The notes below the pieces were generated by a model. That model was not told the DNA's origin. It saw only the letters and a program-made list of their open reading frames with translations, and ran no database searches. DNA of 64,000 nucleotides from Akkermansiaceae bacterium (lineage in GTDB: Bacteria; Verrucomicrobiota; Verrucomicrobiia; Verrucomicrobiales; Akkermansiaceae), in contig JBBEEL010000077.1 in the NCBI GenBank assembly GCA_040880785.1, positions 19,857 to 83,856 on the forward strand. The letters are read 5' to 3'. Below, piece after piece: positions 48,887 through 57,487 of this stretch; position 1 is the first letter of the stretch; every line of letters starts with the position of its first letter. The position numbers were made by a program, and so were the translations under genes.

Positions 48887-50236
48887 TCAGCGGTCACGAA
48901 GGTCGCTTTCGGTTTCGCCCTTTTCCAAATGGGCGATGATTCGATTGTAGAAGGCACCGTCGAGGCGGTAGAAGAGCAGGACCACCAAGCAGAGCAGCGA
49001 GCACACGCCTGGAGCGATGTTGAAAAGCAGGCGAATGCCTTGCTGGGCGGTGGCGGAAAGGTCAGTATTGGCAACGTAGCCGGTGAGCGACATTACCAAC
49101 GCCGCGAAGCTGCCGGCGAGGGCCATGCCTGTCTTTTGCATGAAGGAAAAGAATGCGAAGGGGATGCCCTCGGAACGGAAGCCGGTTTTGTAGTGGCCGT
49201 ATTCCACGCAGTCCGGCAACATTCCCCATTGGGTGATGGAGCACATCATCTGGCCGATGGTGGCGACCATGGAGAGGCCGAAGATGATGGTCAGGATGTT
49301 GTCTGGCGCGAAATAGCGCAGGATCGAGAACACGGCGACGATGGCGCTGCCGATGATGAAGGCCTTGTGCTTGCCGATCCGGCGGGTGACCCACGGGGTG
49401 ATCGCCACGCCCACGATGTTGCAGGGGATCATGACTAGGAAGAAGGTGGACTGGAGCGATGCGTCGTTAAGGACGTATTTGAAGTAGTAAAGTGCCACCG
49501 CGTTGCCGATCACCCAGACGGCGGTGTTGAGCAACATGGCGGCGGCGAGGATCAGCAGTTCACGATTGCGCAGCAGGATGGGAATGATGTCCCGCAGGTG
49601 GTAGCGCTCCTGCGGAGCTTGCACCCGCTCGCGGGAAAACAGGAACGACGCCCACAGCAGGAGGGTGGAGAGGATGGAGAGTAGGATGGCCGCCGCGAGG
49701 AAGCCCTTCTGTTCGGTTTCGAACAAGGCCACGAACGGGCGGACGCCGACAGCGATCAAGCTCAGGGCGACCACCACGGCGAAGAACATGCGGTAGGTGG
49801 AAATCACGGCGCGTTCCTGTTGGTCCTGGGTCATCACGGCGCTGATGGATGAATAGGGCAGGGCAATGGCGGTAAACACCATGCCATGGAGGGTGTAGGT
49901 GAAATAGGCGTAGGCGACTTTCCAGCCCGGCGAAAGATCGGGGGTGAGGAAGCAGGCGACCAGGACCAAATTGAGCGGAATGGCGGCGTAGAGCAGGTAG
50001 GGTCGGAATTTCCCCCAACGGCTGCGGGTGTGGTCCGCGATGTAACCCATGACCGGGTCGTTGATCGCGTCCCATATTCTGGCCACCAGGAAGAGTCCTG
50101 CGACGTGTCCCGGCGAGATGCCGAACACATCGGTGTAGAAGTAGGCAAGGTAGAACCCGATCATCTGGAAGTTCAGATTGATGCCGAGGTCCCCAATGCT
50201 GTAGCCCAGAATGGCGCGTTGACTGAGCTTGGCCAT
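48887..50236 (-). CDS. MFS glycoside-pentoside-hexuronide (GPH):cation symporter, XynT/XynP-like
   Basis: GYSIGD, FYTDVFGI, WDAINDPVMGYIADHTRSRWGKFRPYLL, PDCVEYG and RSEG, with about 12 hydrophobic segments. Confidence 0.95.
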   Translation of the reverse strand: MAKLSQRAILGYSIGDLGINLNFQMIGFYLAYFYTDVFGISPGHVAGLFLVARIWDAINDPVMGYIADHTRSRWGKFRPYLLYAAIPLNLVLVACFLTPDLSPGWKVAYAYFTYTLHGMVFTAIALPYSSISAVMTQDQQERAVISTYRMFFAVVVALSLIAVGVRPFVALFETEQKGFLAAAILLSILSTLLLWASFLFSRERVQAPQERYHLRDIIPILLRNRELLILAAAMLLNTAVWVIGNAVALYYFKYVLNDASLQSTFFLVMIPCNIVGVAITPWVTRRIGKHKAFIIGSAIVAVFSILRYFAPDNILTIIFGLSMVATIGQMMCSITQWGMLPDCVEYGHYKTGFRSEGIPFAFFSFMQKTGMALAGSFAALVMSLTGYVANTDLSATAQQGIRLLFNIAPGVCSLLCLVVLLFYRLDGAFYNRIIAHLEKGETESDLRDR

Positions 50237-50405
50237 GGATTTGGATGGGTAGGGTGGAGGTGGGTTGGGATGAGGCTTCAGTCACGCGGAAAACGTGCGT
50301 GGATCGATCTTGCGCAAGCAGGTTAAACCAGAATCGAAGCCGGCGGTCGATACCGGGTTTTGGAAAGTTCCTTACAGAACTCTGGTGTCAGTGAGCCGGG
50401 TGCCG

Positions 50406-51119
50406 TCATTCATCGAACGCCCATTTCCTCCAGGCCGCCCTGGTTTTCGCGACCTCCTTGACCGATCCGTCAATCATGAGGGCCATGTAGTATGGTTCCC
50501 AGATGGGAACGCTGTTTTCATAGTCGGTGGCGAGCAGAAGTTTGCCTCTGGCATAGACTCCGGTTTTGCGAGTGGCAACGGCACCAATCGAATCGCGCTG
50601 GCGGGTGGTCATCTCGCCACTGGTGGCGAGAGGGTAGTAATAGGCGTAGGTGCCCCAGAGCTTGGTGGAAATCGCCTGATCCGGCGCATAGTTGTGGCGT
50701 TCTGGTGGCCTGGCTTTGGACAAGGGGGTGAAGAACAATGCATGGTCGGTGAGGTAGCTGTTGTTTGGGTCGGTGCGGTCGAACAGCACCCTTGCCGGGT
50801 TGCCCGGGGCCAGTGCGGAATTTGCGCCGGGGGCGCTTTCGTGCCCGTAGTCGCCGGTGCCGTTGCCGAAGTACATTGGTTCGTTGAGACTCTTGTCGCC
50901 CATCCACAAATGGATCGCCACGCTCATCTGCCGCATCTGGCTGGCCGAGGTGGACTTGGCAGCGGCTAATTTCAAACGGCCGACACCCATCACGCTCAAG
51001 ACCGCCAAGACAGTGATGATGGAGATGGTCACAAGTAATTCGACAATCGTGAAGCCGTTGGCTCGGAAACGGATGCCGGTGGGCGAAGTGGAGGCTGAAT
51101 TTCTGGTGAGGGCGTTCAT
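50406..51119 (-). CDS. Prepilin-type N-terminal cleavage/methylation protein (type IV pilin / T2SS pseudopilin-like)
   Basis: RANG|FTIVELLVTISIITVLAVL is a class III signal peptide. SASQMRQM follows, and the C-terminal MALMIDGSVK resembles the H-X9-DG region of PVC pilins. Confidence 0.92.
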   Translation of the reverse strand: MNALTRNSASTSPTGIRFRANGFTIVELLVTISIITVLAVLSVMGVGRLKLAAAKSTSASQMRQMSVAIHLWMGDKSLNEPMYFGNGTGDYGHESAPGANSALAPGNPARVLFDRTDPNNSYLTDHALFFTPLSKARPPERHNYAPDQAISTKLWGTYAYYYPLATSGEMTTRQRDSIGAVATRKTGVYARGKLLLATDYENSVPIWEPYYMALMIDGSVKEVAKTRAAWRKWAFDE

Positions 51120-51226
51120 CTTGGTTTGGGCTGGATTTTGTGCCGCTGCAGACAGGCTTCAAATGGGATCCGGCGTGTCTTGGGCGTGAAAAATGTGGAG
51201 CGTGATGATGGAAACTACAAGGAAAA

Positions 51227-51242
51227 AATTAAACGGTTAATT
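51227..51242. promoter_or_regulatory. LacI-type operator (site 4), upstream of the pilin-symporter-LacI genes
   Basis: AATTAAACGGTTAATT is a near-perfect palindrome. Its context ACAAGGAaAAAATtAAACGGTTAATT matches site 2 at 24 of 26 positions. Confidence 0.78.
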
Positions 51243-51326
51243 GGTATTGTGAAATTCAGATTTTTTGACGACTTAACCTCCCTGCCGTGGGCCGTGCCGA
51301 CGGATCTCCCCCACCCTCTTGTGGGC

Positions 51327-51461
51327 TCAGGAGAGTCCTGCCTGCGCCCGGCGCAGGGCGAGTTCTTTGGCCATTGCGATGGTTGCGTTTTTGTTGAGTT
51401 TGTAAGCGGCCAGCAGGGCGGTGCAGACGGCGAACATCAGGCCCACGACGATGCTGGCGGT
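51327..51461 (-). pseudogene. Orphan C-terminal fragment of a second GPH-family MFS transporter
   Basis: The minus strand reads TASIVVGLMFAVCTALLAAYKLNKNATIAMAKELALRRAQAGLS*: the last TM helix plus the Y(K/R)L...EL..RR tail typical of GPH symporters. No upstream part is present. Confidence 0.7.
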
Positions 51462-51514
51462 AAACCCGTCAATTGGGTGAGAGAGCGATTTTTTCAGGAT
51501 GATCCGGCGTCATC

Positions 51515-54500
51515 TCATGGCGGCGGGGAGTTCCGCAGAATGCAGCGCAGGCGGAAAAACGCGGAATCGCCCTGAATCGGCGCGACCATGCGGATCTGGC
51601 TGCGCCCGTCGGGAGTGGCTTCGGTAGTGACTGAGGCGGATCCGCTCCAAGCCCCGTTGCCGTCCTTGGACGCAAGCATCGACCATGGCCCGAGGCCGAC
51701 CGAGCGCTCGATTTCATAGCGCACGTCGGCTGGAGCGGGCGACGGCAGCGTGAAGGTGAAGGTGATCGTGCCCGCAGCAACCAGCGACGGCCGGTCCGCG
51801 AAGGGCACGCTGCCGGTCGCGGTGCTGCCGAAGGCGTAGGCGAGGAGGTTTGCAAATCCGTCGCCGTTGGGGTCCTGGTTCGCGCCGCGCTGGGATTCCG
51901 GGAGCGCCAACGCCCAATCCGCGTATTCGGCGGTGTCGTTGAGCACGGTGATCGTCCAGGTCTGCTCATGGCTGGCGCCGAGCGAATCCGTCGCGCGGAT
52001 GCGAACCGAGCGCGCCGGGCCAACCTCGAAATCCAGCGGTGCGGTGGTGCGGAGCTGGTTTCCGATGATTGAAAAACCCGCATTCCCCTCATCGCCAGCG
52101 CCGGCAGCGAGGGTGTAGGTGAAGGTTTCCCCGGAATCGGGATCGCTGGCGGACAGGTGGCCGACGATCGTTCCGGCGGGGCGGTTTTCGAGCACGCTCG
52201 CGGCGTCGAGCGCGAGGGCGGAAGGTGCGCGGTTCAGTGACTCGCTGACAAAGGTCATCACGCTGCGGGCGGGCAGATTCAGCGTGAACGAACCATCGCT
52301 GGCCGGGAGAATGAGGGAAAGACCCGTGAGGGACCGGCTCGCCGAGGTTTCCCACGGGGTGAGCGAGGGCACGCCGCCGCCCTCGATGGCGAGCGGCACA
52401 GTGCGGGCGGCGGCGTCGGAGTTGACCACGACCACGGTGAGGCGGCGGGTGGTCGGCGATACGAAGGCGGTCGCGCGCACGGTCTCGACCGAGCCGTGGA
52501 GCGTCACCCGGCGATGGCCGGGGCGGACGAAGCGGGCCCAGTTGCCCAGCGCCCAACCGCGCTTGGCCATGACGCCGTTTTCGACCAGGGAGCCGGTGCT
52601 GTTGGGGTTGTCTCCGCGCGGAAAGAGCCACCAGTAGTGCCACGCGTTGCCCTCGGCGATCGCGAGGAAATCGTGGATCGCGTTGCCCACGCGCAGGGCG
52701 GAGTCGATGGTCGGATCGGTGTCCGCGCCGGAATCGGTGAACTCGGTTTGCCAGAGCGGCACGCCCTGGGCGGCGGCGGCCGGGTAAGGGACGAGGGGGC
52801 CGCCGTAGGAGTGGGTGGCGAGCTGGGAAATGAACCCGCGGGTGACGGCGTCGCCGAGCAGTGCGTCGGCGAAGGGGGCCAGCGTGCCCGAGTTGATGAC
52901 CTCCGGGGCCATGACGCGAGTGGGGACGTTGCGGGAGACCAGGGCGGGGCCGAGGTGGTCGCGGATGAAGGCGGAGAGTGAAGTGGGAGTCCAAACACAG
53001 CTTTCCCATGTGGCGGTGTAGTTGGGCTCGTTTTGGGCGGAGAGGGCGAGCAAGGGCACGCCGGCGTTGTTCATGCTGACCACGAAGTCGCCGAGGCGGG
53101 CGGCCCAGGCGGCGTGAAACTCGGGCAGCAGGGTGCCGCCGTTGTTGGCGTCGTTGTTGCTCTTCCACTCGGCCGGGGGCGTCCACGGTGTGGCCCAGAC
53201 TGCGACGCCCCGGGCGACGGCTCGTTGCGCGGTGACGGTCTCGGCGGTGGTGCCGTTGGGGGCGATGCGCACGCGCAGGAGCGAGAGGCCGAGGCCGGTG
53301 GTGGGAGAGAAAAACTGGTCGGCCCAAGCGTCGCTGAGGCTGGCGGCAGTCCAGGCGCTGGAGGCGCCGAAGCCGTCGATGACCTGGCGCGTATCGTCGA
53401 GCGAGGCGGTGAAGATCGGCGAGTTGGGCAGGGATTGGCCGAGCCTGCCGGCATCGAGATCCGCCACGGTGTAAGTGAAGCCGACGGGGGCGAAGACGAT
53501 TTTGTCGATCGCGAGGCCGTCTTCGCGGCCGCCGAGGTCGAGGACCTGGCTGAGCGCGCCGGATTGGACGTTTAAAGCGACGCCGCCCAGCGCGGACAAA
53601 TCAAGCCACTTCCAGACATTGATCCCAGCAGTGCCGCCGGCGCCGGCGGTGACGACGTCGGTGGCGGCGCTGAAGCCGCCGGTGGCAAAGTTGTTTACCG
53701 TTTTCCATTGCGATGCCACGGCGGGGTCTTTGGCCCCGAAGCCGTCGCCGAGGAACAGGCTGTCGTCGTTCGCGCCGTCCGGACCGACGCGCAGGCGGAT
53801 GAAGAGCCGGTAAGTGCCGGGGCCGGAAAAGGTGACTGGGAAACGCATCACGCGGGCCGCGCTGCCGGGCATGGTCGTGCCGCTGGTGGAGACGGTGAGG
53901 TGGGCGGGCGGGCCTGCGGCAAGGAGTAGCTCGGCGCCGTATTGGCTGGCCTCGGCCTCGAGGGAGTGAACGGCGGCGGAAGTCGGAGAGCCGCTGGTGG
54001 CCTGAAGCAGGTCATCGACGGTGAAGACGTTGCCCGCCAGACCGAAGATGAATTTATCGATATCTAGACCATCCTCGCGGCCGCCGATATCAAAGGTCTG
54101 GGTGAGCGCGCCGGCGGAGACGGTGTAGGTGATCGCAGCGAAGGCGGAGGCATCGATCCACTTCCAGACGCCGACTCCGGCGGTGCCGCCGATGGCGTAG
54201 GGCACCACGTCGGGACCGTTGGTGTAGCCGTTGCCGCTGAAGTTGTTCACGCTGCGCCAATCGCCATTGAGCGTGGGATTTTTGGCCCCGAAACCGTTGG
54301 GAAGAAAGAGGCTGTCGTCGTTGGCTGCGCCTGGCCCCACCCGGACGCGGGCGAAGAGCCGGTAGGTGCCGGGGCCTGGAAACGTGACCTGGTAGCGCGC
54401 GACGCGGGCGGCGGAACCGGGGTTGGAGCCAGCTCCGTTGGTGTTGATGGACAGGAAGGCGGGCAAGCCTTGGGTGGCGACGTAGTCCGCCCCGAGCTGG

Positions 54501-57487
54501 CCGGACTCGGCCTCGACTAGGACGGAGGAGGAAACCGCTTCGCCGGGCGTCTCGTAGGCATCGGCGACGCGTCGGCCGCGGGGGCTCTCGGGCGGGCCGA
54601 GGTAGCTGGGCAAGAGGCCACCGGTGTCGATCTCGATGCGCTGAAGCACGACGCCGGGATCGACCATCCAAAATTTAAGTACATGGGCGCCGGTGGTCTG
54701 GGTCTGGAGCGCGGTGGTGACGACGCGCACCGAATCGCGCACCGCGTTCGCCCACGCGGCGCTGCCGTCCACCAGCCCCACCTCCACGATCTGCGGCGGT
54801 TGATCGCCGAAGGAAATCGCGCAACGCACCGGGCGCCCGGGCACGTAGTTCATGACCGGGGATAGGACGAGCCGCACGGTAAGCTCGCCCTTGCGGCGCA
54901 GGTAAACGTTGTAGGCCAGATGCGGGCTCGATCCGCCCGGTGACGCGATGCTGTCGGCCAGGACAGGCAGCGTCGTCACGCCACCCAATGCGCGCCCGTG
55001 GTCGGGCTCGACGCGCCAAGTGACGCCGCCGCCGGCGACTGCCTGATCGTAGTTCGGGGCCTCGATGGCGATGTAGCCCTCGGGATCGAGAAAACCGATC
55101 GGCAAGGAGGCGGCTGCGGGCGGGTTTTTAACGATGGGCAGACGCACCGTGCGCGTGCTCGCGGCGGCGCCGCTCTGCACGGTGATGAGGACCTCGCCCG
55201 TGCCGACGGGCGCGTGCGACCAGTCGATGGAGACCTCCGCGCGCACATCGTCGCCCAGCGTGCCGGAGGCGGGAGAGACGGTGGCCCACGGCTGGTTGGT
55301 AGTGATCGTATAGGAGACGGGCAAGGTGCCCCGGCGGAACACCTCGATGTAGCGCGAGGTTGAACCACCTTCGGCATGGAGGGTCGGCAGCGTGCCGACG
55401 CCGCCAGCGTCTAGCAGGCCGGTGGAGCCCTCGAGCACGACCCCGAGCGAGGAAGTCGCCGGGGCGGTGTAGTTGACGACCGCCGGCATGATGTTAGTCG
55501 AGGGTGCGTTCCACGACGTGTAGCCGATGTGCGTCTGGTCCATCAGGCGGATCCATTTTCCGCCCGCAAAGTCGGTGTTCCAAAAAGTGGTGAGCGAGGC
55601 GTCGTATTGAAACAGCGTCTGCACGCGGGTCGCGAGCGTGTTGGTCGAGGCGCGGGTCTGGGTGGCGTGGAGGGCGTTTCTCGCGGCGGCGATGTAAAGT
55701 TCGTGGAGGTTGGCGCAGGCCAGCACGGGGTGGCTGACCAGTTGGTAAAACGCGTCTTTCGCGGCGGCGGGAAGCAGGGCGTGCAAGGCGTTGGTGCGCA
55801 CGACCAGATCGCTCCACTCGGCCGATACGCGCTCGGCCTCGCGGTAGTTTTGCAGACTGAAGGTGGTGGGCGAGATCAGCTCGGGTTTGCGACGGCCGTT
55901 GATTTTGGCGTATCCGGCGACCAGATACGCGACCTCGTCGGCGTGGACCGGGCCGAATTCGCGGGTCGCCCATTGGCGCAGGTAGTCGGCGGTATCGACC
56001 GTGGCCCAGCGGGCGGGATCCCAGGCCATGCGCAGGAAAAACTCCATGGGCACTTCCATCGGTTTGAGGTCGCCCACATTGACGATCCAGATGCGGTTGG
56101 CGTCGTGCTGCCAGGCCAGGCGCATTTGTTCCTGGATCTTCGGCAGCGGGTTCGTGTTGAGCCATTTGTAGGAACGCGGGCCGCCGACGTAGTCGAAATG
56201 GTAATACACGCCGGCGCCGCCGGAGCGGGAACGCTCGGCGGTGGTCGGCAGGCGGCGGATGTTGCCCCAGTTGTCGTCGCACCAGAGCAGGGTGACGTCG
56301 TCGGGCACCTCCATGCCGTTCTCGATGTATCCCTGCACCTCCTTGTAGAGCGCCCAGAGCTGGGGAACCTGCGTGACGTCGGGAGCGACGTGCGCGGCGA
56401 GGATGGCGCGCTGATCGGTGACGATGGTTTCGAGCAAGTCGATGTTGGCCGCGATACCGCCGGCATCGGGCGCGGCGAGGTCGCCGTCGCCGCGCATGCC
56501 CACGGTGTAGATGTTTTCGTAGGCGCGGTTGCGAATCACGCCTTCGGTCCAGAACTGGCGCAGGCCTTCGGGGTTGGTGAGGTAGTTCCACTCGGCGTTG
56601 CCGTAGGCGGATTTGCCGCGCGACCACTCCTGTTGGGCGCGCATCATCGGCTCGTGGTGGGAGGTGCCCATGACGATGCCGTATTCGTCGGCGAGCAAGG
56701 GATTGAGCGGGTCGTCCTGGCTGAACGCGTCGCCCCACATGGCGGGCCAGAGGTAGTTGGCGCGGAGACGCAGCAGGAGTTCGAAGACTTTGGTGTAGAA
56801 CTGGCTGTTGCGCCCGCCGAAGCGGGCCTGGGTCCAGCCGGTGAGCGCCGGGGCCTCGTCGTTGAGGAAGATGCCGCGGTATTTGACCACCGGCTCGCCG
56901 GAAGCGAAACGGCCGGGGATCACATGGGCGGCGACCCGGGTTTTGACCGGCACATCGGCCCACCAATACCACGGCGACACGCCGAGTTGTTCGGAGAGTT
57001 CGTAGATGCCGAAAATCGTGCCGCGCTTGTCGCTGCCGGCGATGACCAGCGCCTGGTCCACACCGGGAAATGGCTCATCGACCGTGGTGATGACGAAGCT
57101 CTCCCACTTGCCCGCGAGGTCCGTGGCGCTGAGTTTGCCGGAGGCGATGAGTGCGTCTATCAGCGCGCATTTCCCAACGGTTCCGATGATGACCGGGCGG
57201 ACGGATGGCGGTGTGGCGGCTGTGCTCAGCGCGGGCAGCAACGTCGTGACTCGCTGCACATCGGCCCGCAGGTCGCCGATGGCGCGGATGACGCCGGCGT
57301 GGTCGCCGGCATCATGCCAAAGGGGGGCCGCGACTCCGCCGGATACGAGAGGAAAGGCTCCGGCAGGAGGGTTCTCGGTCACGACAAATGATTCGGAAAG
57401 CCCGAGCCCGGGCGTAGCGTGGAGACACGGGAACACCAGCACCAGAGCGATCAGGAAAATGCGGGAAATTTTGGGAAAGAGCTTCAT
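51515..57487 (-). CDS. GH115 alpha-glucuronidase / 2 'EAESG' modules / GH30 (xylanase-type) fusion, with cadherin and C-terminal sorting-like module
   Basis: GH115: [61 protein letters not shown]30: QVIDGFGAS, LSLLRVRI, AQNEPNY, WQTEF, HYWW. Ends DPNGDGFANLLAYAFG...YEIERS...FFRLR. Confidence 0.9.
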   Translation of the reverse strand: MKLFPKISRIFLIALVLVFPCLHATPGLGLSESFVVTENPPAGAFPLVSGGVAAPLWHDAGDHAGVIRAIGDLRADVQRVTTLLPALSTAATPPSVRPVIIGTVGKCALIDALIASGKLSATDLAGKWESFVITTVDEPFPGVDQALVIAGSDKRGTIFGIYELSEQLGVSPWYWWADVPVKTRVAAHVIPGRFASGEPVVKYRGIFLNDEAPALTGWTQARFGGRNSQFYTKVFELLLRLRANYLWPAMWGDAFSQDDPLNPLLADEYGIVMGTSHHEPMMRAQQEWSRGKSAYGNAEWNYLTNPEGLRQFWTEGVIRNRAYENIYTVGMRGDGDLAAPDAGGIAANIDLLETIVTDQRAILAAHVAPDVTQVPQLWALYKEVQGYIENGMEVPDDVTLLWCDDNWGNIRRLPTTAERSRSGGAGVYYHFDYVGGPRSYKWLNTNPLPKIQEQMRLAWQHDANRIWIVNVGDLKPMEVPMEFFLRMAWDPARWATVDTADYLRQWATREFGPVHADEVAYLVAGYAKINGRRKPELISPTTFSLQNYREAERVSAEWSDLVVRTNALHALLPAAAKDAFYQLVSHPVLACANLHELYIAAARNALHATQTRASTNTLATRVQTLFQYDASLTTFWNTDFAGGKWIRLMDQTHIGYTSWNAPSTNIMPAVVNYTAPATSSLGVVLEGSTGLLDAGGVGTLPTLHAEGGSTSRYIEVFRRGTLPVSYTITTNQPWATVSPASGTLGDDVRAEVSIDWSHAPVGTGEVLITVQSGAAASTRTVRLPIVKNPPAAASLPIGFLDPEGYIAIEAPNYDQAVAGGGVTWRVEPDHGRALGGVTTLPVLADSIASPGGSSPHLAYNVYLRRKGELTVRLVLSPVMNYVPGRPVRCAISFGDQPPQIVEVGLVDGSAAWANAVRDSVRVVTTALQTQTTGAHVLKFWMVDPGVVLQRIEIDTGGLLPSYLGPPESPRGRRVADAYETPGEAVSSSVLVEAESGQLGADYVATQGLPAFLSINTNGAGSNPGSAARVARYQVTFPGPGTYRLFARVRVGPGAANDDSLFLPNGFGAKNPTLNGDWRSVNNFSGNGYTNGPDVVPYAIGGTAGVGVWKWIDASAFAAITYTVSAGALTQTFDIGGREDGLDIDKFIFGLAGNVFTVDDLLQATSGSPTSAAVHSLEAEASQYGAELLLAAGPPAHLTVSTSGTTMPGSAARVMRFPVTFSGPGTYRLFIRLRVGPDGANDDSLFLGDGFGAKDPAVASQWKTVNNFATGGFSAATDVVTAGAGGTAGINVWKWLDLSALGGVALNVQSGALSQVLDLGGREDGLAIDKIVFAPVGFTYTVADLDAGRLGQSLPNSPIFTASLDDTRQVIDGFGASSAWTAASLSDAWADQFFSPTTGLGLSLLRVRIAPNGTTAETVTAQRAVARGVAVWATPWTPPAEWKSNNDANNGGTLLPEFHAAWAARLGDFVVSMNNAGVPLLALSAQNEPNYTATWESCVWTPTSLSAFIRDHLGPALVSRNVPTRVMAPEVINSGTLAPFADALLGDAVTRGFISQLATHSYGGPLVPYPAAAAQGVPLWQTEFTDSGADTDPTIDSALRVGNAIHDFLAIAEGNAWHYWWLFPRGDNPNSTGSLVENGVMAKRGWALGNWARFVRPGHRRVTLHGSVETVRATAFVSPTTRRLTVVVVNSDAAARTVPLAIEGGGVPSLTPWETSASRSLTGLSLILPASDGSFTLNLPARSVMTFVSESLNRAPSALALDAASVLENRPAGTIVGHLSASDPDSGETFTYTLAAGAGDEGNAGFSIIGNQLRTTAPLDFEVGPARSVRIRATDSLGASHEQTWTITVLNDTAEYADWALALPESQRGANQDPNGDGFANLLAYAFGSTATGSVPFADRPSLVAAGTITFTFTLPSPAPADVRYEIERSVGLGPWSMLASKDGNGAWSGSASVTTEATPDGRSQIRMVAPIQGDSAFFRLRCILRNSPPP

